Shown in pieces: positions 35,872 to 43,732 of a DNA stretch of 51,818 bases. Under the pieces are notes generated by a model that ran no database searches, had not been told where the DNA came from, and worked only from the letters and a program-made list of their open reading frames with translations. The DNA comes from Chloroflexota bacterium (GTDB taxonomy: Bacteria; Chloroflexota; Chloroflexia; Thermomicrobiales; CFX8): the NCBI GenBank assembly GCA_003577355.1, contig QEUZ01000001.1, positions 1 to 51,818 on the forward strand, read 5' to 3'. The translations under genes were made by a program, and so were the position numbers. Every line of letters begins with the position of its first letter. Position 1 is the stretch's first letter.

Positions 35872-35912
35872 AACGAGCGCTGCGCGCCGGATCGCGCAGC
35901 GCTCGTTGTTTG
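35872..35912 (+). terminator. Intrinsic terminator of the ABC operon
   Basis: AACGAGCGCTGCGCG-ccggat-CGCGCAGCGCTCGTT (15-bp perfect stem) followed by GTTTG. Confidence 0.75.
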
Positions 35913-36173
35913 ACTGCGGGTCCGTGCTGCGGTAGGCTCCGCGGGCGGAGTGCGGGGACGCACGCCGCCGCAGTCAGCCCGCGCGGGCGGAATGCAGACC
36001 TCCTGATTGTTGCGCCGGCCGATTCAAGAAAGGGGTGATCGCTGCGCCATAGGCGGGCGCGAGGCAACCGCAGCCTGGGCTGACCGGAAGGGCGTCACCG
36101 CAATGTTGCGGTGGGAGTTTGGCCGGACATGCAGTGGAGCATTTCCGAGCCGCCAATCGTTGGGAGTACAACG

Positions 36174-36821
36174 ATGGATATCAGACTTGGCAGCAAAGTT
36201 ATCAGCGGAGACGGGCACGACATCGGCAAAGTTGATCGGCTCGTCCTCAACCCCGAAACCCGCGAGATCGAAGAGATCGTCGTCCACAAGGGGTTTTTCC
36301 TCACTGAAGACCGCATTATCCCAATTAGCTCCGTCACCAGCACCGATCAGGACGGCGTAGTCCACGTTGCGACGCACGCAGCGGATTTCGCGTCGTTGCC
36401 GCTCTTTGTCGAGCACGCCTACCGTGTCCCCACTGCGGACGAATACACCACAATGCCATTTCCGGTCGATCCGGTTGTTGGCTCACCCGGGTATGCCGGG
36501 CCGATCCTCTGGTCAGCCCCGACGCAGGGGCGCGCGATCGTGACCAACCTGCCCATGGAGGCGGCCCCGGTGGCTGCATCGAGCATCGGCGACGACATGG
36601 TGACGATCGATCGTGGCACGAACGTCCTCGATCGGGATGGCGAAACCGTTGGTACCGTTGAAGATGTGCTCTACGACGCCAACGGACGCTTGTCCGGTAT
36701 CGTCGTGACATCTGGCCTGATCCGCAAGCATGAGCTCCGAGTGCCGGCACACTATATCGAGAAACTGCTCGACACCGAGGTGTGGCTCAACCGCCAGCAA
36801 TCCGAGCTGAGCGAGGAATAG
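36174..36821 (+). CDS. PRC-barrel domain protein (two PRC-barrel repeats)
   Basis: MDIRLGSKVISGDGHDIGKVDRLVLNPETREIEEIVVHKG... and a second copy ..VLDRDGETVGTVEDVLYDANGRLSGIVVTSG... Start at ATG 36174 after GGGAG. Confidence 0.8.
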   Translation: MDIRLGSKVISGDGHDIGKVDRLVLNPETREIEEIVVHKGFFLTEDRIIPISSVTSTDQDGVVHVATHAADFASLPLFVEHAYRVPTADEYTTMPFPVDPVVGSPGYAGPILWSAPTQGRAIVTNLPMEAAPVAASSIGDDMVTIDRGTNVLDRDGETVGTVEDVLYDANGRLSGIVVTSGLIRKHELRVPAHYIEKLLDTEVWLNRQQSELSEE

Positions 36822-36831
36822 CACAGGCGCC

Positions 36832-36868
36832 GCTCGTCCCATGTTCCCAATGCGGAGCTGGGACGAGC
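36832..36868. terminator. Hairpin between convergent genes (bidirectional terminator candidate)
   Basis: GCTCGTCCCA-17 nt-TGGGACGAGC between the PRC-barrel stop (36821) and the ADH stop (36873). No U-tract. Confidence 0.45.
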
Positions 36869-36872
36869 ACGT

Positions 36873-38102
36873 TCACGCGGGGAACTCGAAGACCGCCTTA
36901 ACAACCTCGCTGCTGCGCTTGTTGGTGACGGTCGCCAATGCCGTCTGGTAGTCGCGTAACGGGAACCGGTGGGTGACCAGGTGGCCCAGGTCAACGCTGC
37001 CGTCACCCATTAACCGCAATGCCAGGTCCATCGTCGACAGCAACCGCCCGTCCCAGCGCTCGATGGCGTAGCAAAACGAGCCGCGGATCGTCAGCTCGTT
37101 GAGCCAGATCGGCGTCCAATCGACGCCGCGCGGCGTCCCTGCCAATCCGACGAGGACAACCGTCCCACCCGAGGCGGTGAAGCGCAAGGCATCGTCGACG
37201 CTGCCCGGAGAACCAACGCACTCGAAGACGACACGGGCGCCACCGACGATGACGTTCTTCCCCAACACCGGCTTGAGCGCGGTCGCACCAAACGCCTCAA
37301 CGAGCTGCGCTTCGGCCGGTGCATCTTTCGAACCACGGATGACCAGGTCCGCGCCGAGCTTCTCGGCCAATTCCGCTTGAAAGCGATGGCGTACCGAAGC
37401 AACGATGGTCGCCGTCGAGCCGAGGGCGCGCAGGGCGGCGATCGTGCAGAGTCCGATGACGCCACCACCGATCACCAGCACTGTTTCCTCGTTGCGGGGA
37501 AACGCCCGCAACACGGCGTGCAAAGCGACTGCGAACGGCTCGACCAGCACAGCATTTTCGTCGCTCACCCACTCCGGCACGCGCAGCACCTGCGAACGGT
37601 GCGCGACGAACTCGGCACTCCAGGAACCGCCCGTGTCGCGACAGAAGCCGGTCAGCATGCCTGGGGAGAGGGCGCCCATGTGGAAACGCTGGCACAGGTT
37701 GACATCGCCACGGGCACACATCGTGCAGATGTCGGTGATGCCGCGTACCGTGCACGACAGCAGGGGGTTGATGACCACGCGCTCTCCCACGCTGAAGTCG
37801 CCGGCAGCGTTGCCGACGGCAGCAATTGTCCCGACGTTCTCATGCCCCAGCGTAAACGGGAATGACGTGAACACTGACGTGCTCGGCGACGCGTGCAGCA
37901 TGATCGTGCCGAGGTCGCTGCCGCAAATGCCCCCGTAGCGCGTGCGTACCCGCAGCCACTCCTGCGATGGCAGCAGCGGTGGCCGGACATCACGGGCTTG
38001 CAGGCATGCGCCGCGCCCCCAGTAGATGTCGTGCTTCCCCTTGCCGGCCACCTTGGAGAGCGCATAGCGCGGGATGGAATCGCTGAACTGCAGCGCGAGC
38101 AT
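36873..38102 (-). CDS. Zinc-binding alcohol dehydrogenase family (MDR) oxidoreductase
   Basis: ..GICGSDL.., ..GHENVGTI.., structural-zinc Cys cluster, and a Rossmann GGGVIGL motif. Start at ATG 38102 after GAGGGGGA, 4 nt downstream of the VOC gene stop. Confidence 0.88.
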   Translation of the reverse strand: MLALQFSDSIPRYALSKVAGKGKHDIYWGRGACLQARDVRPPLLPSQEWLRVRTRYGGICGSDLGTIMLHASPSTSVFTSFPFTLGHENVGTIAAVGNAAGDFSVGERVVINPLLSCTVRGITDICTMCARGDVNLCQRFHMGALSPGMLTGFCRDTGGSWSAEFVAHRSQVLRVPEWVSDENAVLVEPFAVALHAVLRAFPRNEETVLVIGGGVIGLCTIAALRALGSTATIVASVRHRFQAELAEKLGADLVIRGSKDAPAEAQLVEAFGATALKPVLGKNVIVGGARVVFECVGSPGSVDDALRFTASGGTVVLVGLAGTPRGVDWTPIWLNELTIRGSFCYAIERWDGRLLSTMDLALRLMGDGSVDLGHLVTHRFPLRDYQTALATVTNKRSSEVVKAVFEFPA

Positions 38103-38106
38103 CGTG

Positions 38107-38883
38107 CTAGTCCCCCTCGCGTTGGGCGTCGGCCTCAAGTCGCTTGCCATAGCGCTGTCCGCTGTAGTCGTAGAGGTAATCGGTGATGGCGTTGGGGTCG
38201 GTGAACCCCGTCCAGCCTTCGCGGATTTCTGAAAGCTGGATCATAAAGTTGGTTGCACCGTTGCGGTAATGACCGTAGAGCGACCAGCGCTCCTGGCGTT
38301 CCAGCAAGGTGAAGTCGGAGACGAGAGCGGCGTGTTGTTGCAGGTGCCAGTAGGCGTGGTCAAGGGAATCGACGACGAACCCCAGGTGGTGCCAGCGCGA
38401 CGGCAGCCCGTCCGACATCGGGATGTCGTCGCCCGTGTCGAACAGGAAGAGCGCCGTATGGCCGGTCGTCAGCACGGTGATATGCGGGTCGTGGCGCATC
38501 TCCTGCATCTGTAGCACGTTCGTGAAAAACGCATGCGCGGACTGCCGGTCCTCGACCGTGATCGCGAGATGGTCGAAGCCGATGTTGCGCCACGGTCCAG
38601 GGGTTGCCGGTATGGGCGTCAGTGTTGTCTGCAGGGTCACCGAGCGGCCATCGCCGTAGGCGCGGACGACCTCACCAGCGAACATGTCTGGGTAGACATC
38701 CGAGCCATCCGGCGCGCGCATGACTAGGCGTTGGCCACGCCGGAGCTCTTCGGGGATGGCGTGGTGGATGCCGTCGTGGATGATTTCGAACGGCTTGAGC
38801 TGGGATGTATAGTCGTTTGCGCCGAGTCGGAAACTGACCGTCAGCCGCTCGGCGTTTGCCTCTGGTCCGTGTTGCTGCACCAT
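38107..38883 (-). CDS. VOC (glyoxalase/bleomycin-resistance/dioxygenase) family protein with extra N-terminal domain
   Basis: ..NIGFDHLAITVEDRQSAHAFFTNVLQM...WHHLGFVVDSLDHAYWHLQ... Start at ATG 38883 with AGGAGG upstream. Confidence 0.8.
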   Translation of the reverse strand: MVQQHGPEANAERLTVSFRLGANDYTSQLKPFEIIHDGIHHAIPEELRRGQRLVMRAPDGSDVYPDMFAGEVVRAYGDGRSVTLQTTLTPIPATPGPWRNIGFDHLAITVEDRQSAHAFFTNVLQMQEMRHDPHITVLTTGHTALFLFDTGDDIPMSDGLPSRWHHLGFVVDSLDHAYWHLQQHAALVSDFTLLERQERWSLYGHYRNGATNFMIQLSEIREGWTGFTDPNAITDYLYDYSGQRYGKRLEADAQREGD

Positions 38884-39057
38884 ATCCTCGCCTCCTGCAC
38901 TGTTGCACGCGCTGGCAGCGTAGCAGAACACGACCTCCGGCACCACGCAGCGCGAGTGCGGGTCGCTCCTCTGGCACGGCACAATGCTGAGATTGGCGTC
39001 GCCTGTGACGCGCATGTGAGCCACGATGCCTGCTCCGGGCTGCGCGCTACACTGCCG

Positions 39058-39300
39058 CTAATGGGCAGCAGCAACGCGCCTGCGGTCGAACATGCCCCAG
39101 AGCGAAACGAGCGCCCAGACAGATTCAAGCAGTAAGAAACCCCACTGTCGCTCCTCCCACGCAAGGACTGCGAGGGTCGCCGAGCCGACAAGGTTCAGCA
39201 GCAAGTAGAGCAGCGACTGCGGATTGAGCCAGCGCACCTGTGCCGCGATGAACGCGGCCAGGATCAGGAGCGCCCCGAAGATCTGCACGATCTGAAGCAT
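39058..39300 (-). CDS. Small membrane protein (80 aa, 3 hydrophobic segments)
   Basis: MLQIVQIFGALLILAAFIAAQVRWLNPQSLLYLLLNLVGSATLAVLAWEERQWGFLLLESVWALVSLWGMF... Purine-rich RBS region. Confidence 0.6.
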   Translation of the reverse strand: MLQIVQIFGALLILAAFIAAQVRWLNPQSLLYLLLNLVGSATLAVLAWEERQWGFLLLESVWALVSLWGMFDRRRVAAAH

Positions 39301-39324
39301 GGTCGTTTCCCTCTTCCCCGCTGT

Positions 39325-39864
39325 TCAGTCGAACCAACCCACCGGTATGCCGAACTCTTCGGCGGTGCAGCGCAGGATATCGTCGGTGACACGGTCCACG
39401 AGCGCGCGCTTTTGGGGGCTGTCGGGACCGTTGAGTGTGATCAGGTCTTCGTTGAACAGAGTCTTGCTGACATCAACCGCGCATGCGCTCGCCTGATCGA
39501 TGATCGGGCCCATGAGCCAAACCAGTTGGTCCGGCAGGTTTTCTTCCAGGCAGCGGGTGAGGATCTCGTTGGTCAGCGAGGGGTCATCCTGCGAAAGGGT
39601 ATAGAGCAGGCCCGGCCCGATGTTGCGTTCGATGCATGCGCTGACGCTATCGCCAGGGACGATTGCGACCGTCGGAGCGATGAAGGGCGTCGCTGTTGGT
39701 GTGGCCGTTGGCGTCGGCGTCGGCGTCGGTCGGGGTGTCGGCGTGCTGGTGGCTGTCGGCGTCGGTGGCAGGGGTGTGGGCGTGGGTGTTGGGTCAGCAC
39801 TGAACGGCCCGCAGGCCACGATGCTCACCAGCACCGTTCCCACAATGACAACGCCTGGTTTCAT
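39325..39864 (-). CDS. Lipoprotein of unknown function with Pro/Thr-rich linker
   Basis: Start at ATG 39864 (GGAGGA upstream). MKPGVVIVGTVLVSIVAC lipobox, (PT)n linker, then a four-Cys globular domain. Confidence 0.7.
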   Translation of the reverse strand: MKPGVVIVGTVLVSIVACGPFSADPTPTPTPLPPTPTATSTPTPRPTPTPTPTATPTATPFIAPTVAIVPGDSVSACIERNIGPGLLYTLSQDDPSLTNEILTRCLEENLPDQLVWLMGPIIDQASACAVDVSKTLFNEDLITLNGPDSPQKRALVDRVTDDILRCTAEEFGIPVGWFD

Positions 39865-39942
39865 GGCGTGGTCCTCCAGACTGCAGGTGTATCCGGCCGT
39901 CGGTCGCCGTCGCAGGATCATACTCTTCGCGATCAAGCGAGT

Positions 39943-39971
39943 TTGACCACCGCACTGCCGCGCCGCAGAAT
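39943..39971 (+). promoter_or_regulatory. Candidate promoter for the 40045 gene
   Basis: TTGACC-N17-CAGAAT. Confidence 0.4.
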
Positions 39972-40044
39972 GGGGACGCTGCGGAGGGCGCGCTGGACTT
40001 CAACGCCGGCGCGGGACGCCAGCGTGGGCTGGGAGGGATGTGGG

Positions 40045-40578
40045 ATGCGGATATTCTTGATCGTCGCGGCGTCGTTCGGAGGGTTTCTGGTCGTCTGTTG
40101 CGTGCTTGGCATCTTCGTGGGGTTGCCGCAGCTGCGTGATGAGCTGGAGTCGGAGGTGCACGAGGCCGTCTCTACCGAGGTCGCGCGGCGGATTCCGGCC
40201 ATCCCTGGAACTGGCGCAGAGCCGGGGGAGTACATCATCACCCAGGAATCACTCCAGGCGAGTATTCGCGAGAACGCTGATAACGAGCGCGATGCTGAGA
40301 ACCTTTTCGTGCGGATTACGCCGGCCCAAGTGGAAGTCGGGCTTGTTTCGCGTGGGCAGGATGCCACCTACTCTGGGGTGCCAGCTGCCGAGAACGGCCA
40401 GTTGGTGATGCATGATATGGATTCCAACAACCGGTTCTTCGAGTTTGTACTGTCACCAGACCGCCTTGGCCGGACAATCGCCGAGGCGGTCAACAGCTAC
40501 CTTGCGCAAAACGGGCTCCAACTGCAGAGCCTGGAGCTGCAGGATGGTCAGATGGTGCTGATCACCGTCGAAGCCTGA
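40045..40578 (+). CDS. Membrane-anchored hypothetical protein
   Basis: MRIFLIVAASFGGFLVVCCVLGIFVGLP... N-terminal anchor. GGGAGGG 7 nt upstream. The long upstream part of track ORF 39412..40578 is antisense to the lipoprotein gene and Arg/Gly-rich. Confidence 0.6.
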   Translation: MRIFLIVAASFGGFLVVCCVLGIFVGLPQLRDELESEVHEAVSTEVARRIPAIPGTGAEPGEYIITQESLQASIRENADNERDAENLFVRITPAQVEVGLVSRGQDATYSGVPAAENGQLVMHDMDSNNRFFEFVLSPDRLGRTIAEAVNSYLAQNGLQLQSLELQDGQMVLITVEA

Positions 40579-40599
40579 TCTGCTGCCGAGAATGAGATA

Positions 40600-40635
40600 C
40601 ATCCTCCGCGTCCGCAGCAACGGTCGCGGAGGATG
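40600..40635. terminator. Hairpin between convergent genes
   Basis: CATCCTCCGCG-14 nt-CGCGGAGGATG, perfect 11-bp stem. Confidence 0.5.
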
Positions 40636-40682
40636 CGCCGCCAAGTTGCCTGTATTGTCCGCTTGGCGATGGACACGAAGGA

Positions 40683-42386
40683 CTACCCAACCGGACCGAG
40701 ATGATAGACCTCGACGCTATTGTTGCGGTCGAGTCGCAATGTGGTGAAGGCCTCCCAGTTCAGCTCTACCGCCCAGCGGCGTTGCCAGTTTGCAACATCT
40801 CCCGCCGCGACGGTATCGCCAATGGTGCAGGAGATCTCGACCCCGTTGGCGACGAGCCGCAGGCGTTGCCCGGGGATGTAGCCCGGCTTGACACAGTAGT
40901 AGCCGTTCGGGTCGTACTGCCAGCCAGCAGTGACCAGGCCGAAGCCAGCGTAGAAACGCAGCGTGCGTTCCCACCAGGCGCGGTCGTAGCTTGGTGCGTA
41001 GTACGCCGCCTGCCCGCTGGCGATGGGGCTGTGCGGGTCGTTTGTGACTGGTGGGACGCCGGTAGTGGCGTCGGTGGTGTACTCCGTGAGCAGTTGCTGG
41101 TGTCGAGCCAGCGTTGCCTCGACCAGTGCATGTGGGTCGACATCGCTGCGGCCCCCCTGGAAGTAGGCGGCTACCGCGGCGCGTATGTCGTTCGGGTGTG
41201 CGTCGGTCGCGCGGCGCAGCTCTGTCGCTGCCAGCAGCGCGTTAAGTCGTGGGTCGTACAGGTCGCCGCCGCCGAGCTCTGAGGCGACTTCAGGGCGCAC
41301 CGCGAGGAGGCCGACTCCGCCATTTTGTTGTGTCGCCTGGGGGTTTCCCCCGCTCGCGACGTGGGCAATAGCAACAAGGAGGAACGGGTCGAGCTCGCGT
41401 TCCAGGGCGGCAGTGACAATCTCTTCACCGAAGTACTCGTGGCTCGCAAGCTCGATGCTCACGCGGTCGTCCGGCTGATAGAGACCGCGCCAGAGTCGGT
41501 AGTGCGCACCCGCGTTGTTCGACTCGACCTGCCAGCCGGGGGCGTTCCCTGGAGTGTAGGTAAGGATGCGCCGCTCGAACGCCTGCAGCAGCACCCGTTC
41601 CGGCTCGCCGCCAACGAGTGTCTGGGTCCAGTAGGGCTCGGTGAGTGGCCGGCCGGTGAGCCAAAGCGGGTCCACCGCCTGGCGGGCAGCCCAATCGACG
41701 AACGGGGCGGCTATGTTGTGTCCGGTGACCGTATCAAATGCGCCGACAGCGATACCGGCATCCAGGACACCGCGTGGGTCAACTGAGCCGTCTGGCGTGA
41801 CAACGGCCGTGATCTCCTCGCCGATGCGGTTAGGATAGGTCGTGCCTTGCACCTCGCCGCCGTCCAGTGGCCAGCCATTGACCGATGCCAACGGCGCGAG
41901 CATCGCATAGGTGAGCGGGTTGGGCTGGTCGAGGTCGCCCGCGACGGCGATCGCCAGCGATGGACGTGAGACAGCCCAATCGGCAGTGAAGGGAACCTTG
42001 CCGGCGAGCATCTGTGTGACCAGCAGCGCGCCAGTGACATACCAGGTGGAACCCGGCGATTCTGCATCGACAAGGATGTCCATGCGCCCTTTGTCGTAGT
42101 AGACCATCGTGCGCACCCCGGCCGGGCTGTCTGCCGAGTACTCTACCGTTGCTGCGAGCGCGGCCGGGCCCCAGGTCCAGCCACGAACGCGCGACCCGTC
42201 GGCCACTGGGCCATCGGTCGCCTGCCAGATTTCGGCGATTGCGCGGTCCACCGGCATGCCGGTAACGGTGAGAAGCGCGGCGGCGCTGGGAGCCGCGCTA
42301 CTGTTGAGCGTTAGTGGAGCCGTCGTCGCGACGATTGCGACAACGGCAGCGACGCTGGCGAAGCGCCAGCGAGTTCCCGCCCTCAT
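40683..42386 (-). CDS. Secreted multidomain cell-wall protein: unknown N-terminal domain + SLT-like module + C-terminal RlpA/expansin-like DPBB module
   Basis: Start at ATG 42386 (GGAAGGAAGGGAAGGA upstream). Signal peptide MRAGTRWRFASVAAVVAIVATTAPL... SLT-like block LVAIAHVASGGNPQATQQNGGVGLLAVRPEVA...AAYFQG. C-terminal ..IPGQRLRLVANGVEISCTIGDTVAAGDV...VELNWEAF... Confidence 0.75.
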   Translation of the reverse strand: MRAGTRWRFASVAAVVAIVATTAPLTLNSSAAPSAAALLTVTGMPVDRAIAEIWQATDGPVADGSRVRGWTWGPAALAATVEYSADSPAGVRTMVYYDKGRMDILVDAESPGSTWYVTGALLVTQMLAGKVPFTADWAVSRPSLAIAVAGDLDQPNPLTYAMLAPLASVNGWPLDGGEVQGTTYPNRIGEEITAVVTPDGSVDPRGVLDAGIAVGAFDTVTGHNIAAPFVDWAARQAVDPLWLTGRPLTEPYWTQTLVGGEPERVLLQAFERRILTYTPGNAPGWQVESNNAGAHYRLWRGLYQPDDRVSIELASHEYFGEEIVTAALERELDPFLLVAIAHVASGGNPQATQQNGGVGLLAVRPEVASELGGGDLYDPRLNALLAATELRRATDAHPNDIRAAVAAYFQGGRSDVDPHALVEATLARHQQLLTEYTTDATTGVPPVTNDPHSPIASGQAAYYAPSYDRAWWERTLRFYAGFGLVTAGWQYDPNGYYCVKPGYIPGQRLRLVANGVEISCTIGDTVAAGDVANWQRRWAVELNWEAFTTLRLDRNNSVEVYHLGPVG

Positions 42387-42667
42387 GGTGATCCTTCCCT
42401 TCCTTCCAACACCGGGACGCAGGCAACGCGCGCTCAGGGGGTGAGCTACAGAGGGGCGCCGGGGCTGACGTGCGCAGGGAGCGCGCCGGCGGGGTGCGTT
42501 GTGGTCCCATTGGCGATGCCGGTGTGTCACCGACTCGCGGTTCCAGAAACCTAGTGTGGGAACCTGAAGTGAAGGTGAACTGAACCTGTGAAAATGCTCA
42601 GAAAGCGCGCTACGTACCGCGTTCCTGCGGTAGCCTGCGTCGCTCTACGGCAGGGAGCCTGATTCGG

Positions 42668-43732
42668 TTAGTACCCACGATTGCGGTCGACGAGGTTGCG
42701 AAGGGGCTTGCCGGCGATGAATCGTCGCAGATTATCTGCGAACAGCGCCACGATGTTGTCGCCGATGTACGGCGACGAGTGTGAATCGTGGGGGATGACG
42801 ACGGCGTTCTCGATTGTCCAGAGTGGGTGCTCTGGGGGGAGAGGCTCCTGGATGTGTGCGTCGAGGTAGGCGCCGCTGAGGGTCCCATCGTGTAGCGCCC
42901 GCAGCAACGCTGCTTCCTGGACAACGCGCCCTCGCGAAACGTTGAGCAGGTAGGCGCCGCGCTTGGTTGCTGCAAACTCAGCCGGGCCGAGCAGGCCAAT
43001 CGTCTCAGGTGTGAGCGGACAGGCGATGACGATGTAGTCGGCGCGTGCTAGCCCAGCCTTCAGCTGCCCGGGGGCGAGCTGTTCAGCAACAAACGGGGTG
43101 GCTGCGTCACTGCGACGCACGCCGATGACATGCATGCGGAACGCGGCGGCAAGGCGCGCGACAGCCTGGCCGATGTGTCCTGTGCCGACGACCAGCACGG
43201 TCTTGTCGCACAACTCGCTGCAGTGCAGCTCGCGCCAGTCCCGCTGGCGTTGCAGGGCGAGCCGCTCAGGCAGGCGTTTGGCGTGGAGCAGGATCCCCGC
43301 CATAACACTTTCAGCCAGCGCGTCGGCATGTACCCCGGCGGCGTTGGTGAGCAGCACATCTGGGCCAAGGATGTTCAACGCCAGGATATGCCCGATGCCA
43401 CTGCTGCACGACTGCACCCAGCGCAGGCGTGGCGTTACCAGGGCGGCGACCCCTTCGGCAGGGATTTCGTCGCGATATGGCTCCGCTCCGCTGGCCTCCA
43501 GCAACAGTACATCGGCGGGTGGCGGCGCTTCTCCCCGTGTCAATTCGGCGCGGGTAGTGTGGAACAGCTCAACCAGTGGCGACACTGCTTGGAGGGTGGC
43601 AATGTGCTCAGGGGTGAGCCAGCGTCCATCCTCCTGGGGCTGCTGGTAGGAGCGCGGCACCCCGGCCACGACGACCCGGAGTGGCCCCTGGTGGGTAGGT
43701 TGTGTCGGCCGGCCGGCGCTTGGTGTCACCAT
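42668..43732 (-). CDS. D-isomer-specific 2-hydroxyacid dehydrogenase family protein
   Basis: ..KTVLVVGTGHIGQAVARLAAAFRMHVIGVRRS.., ..LLNVSRGRVV.., ..AYLDAHIQEPLPPEHPLW...VVIPH... Start overlaps the GMC gene stop by 7 nt. Confidence 0.9.
   Translation of the reverse strand: MVTPSAGRPTQPTHQGPLRVVVAGVPRSYQQPQEDGRWLTPEHIATLQAVSPLVELFHTTRAELTRGEAPPPADVLLLEASGAEPYRDEIPAEGVAALVTPRLRWVQSCSSGIGHILALNILGPDVLLTNAAGVHADALAESVMAGILLHAKRLPERLALQRQRDWRELHCSELCDKTVLVVGTGHIGQAVARLAAAFRMHVIGVRRSDAATPFVAEQLAPGQLKAGLARADYIVIACPLTPETIGLLGPAEFAATKRGAYLLNVSRGRVVQEAALLRALHDGTLSGAYLDAHIQEPLPPEHPLWTIENAVVIPHDSHSSPYIGDNIVALFADNLRRFIAGKPLRNLVDRNRGY

Noticed and set aside
35937-35995. GC-rich direct repeat GCGGGCGGA(G/A)TGC (35941..35953 and 35983..35995) and the CTCCGC-gg-GCGGAG palindrome downstream of the ABC terminator
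   Set aside because: It is short, of GC-rich low complexity, and has no associated gene or structure that I could support.
42387-42667. Specific call of a c-di-AMP (ydaO) riboswitch upstream of the cell-wall protein gene
   Set aside because: I could not identify the conserved sequence blocks of that motif by eye. Only the genomic context is suggestive, and a covariance-model search is needed.
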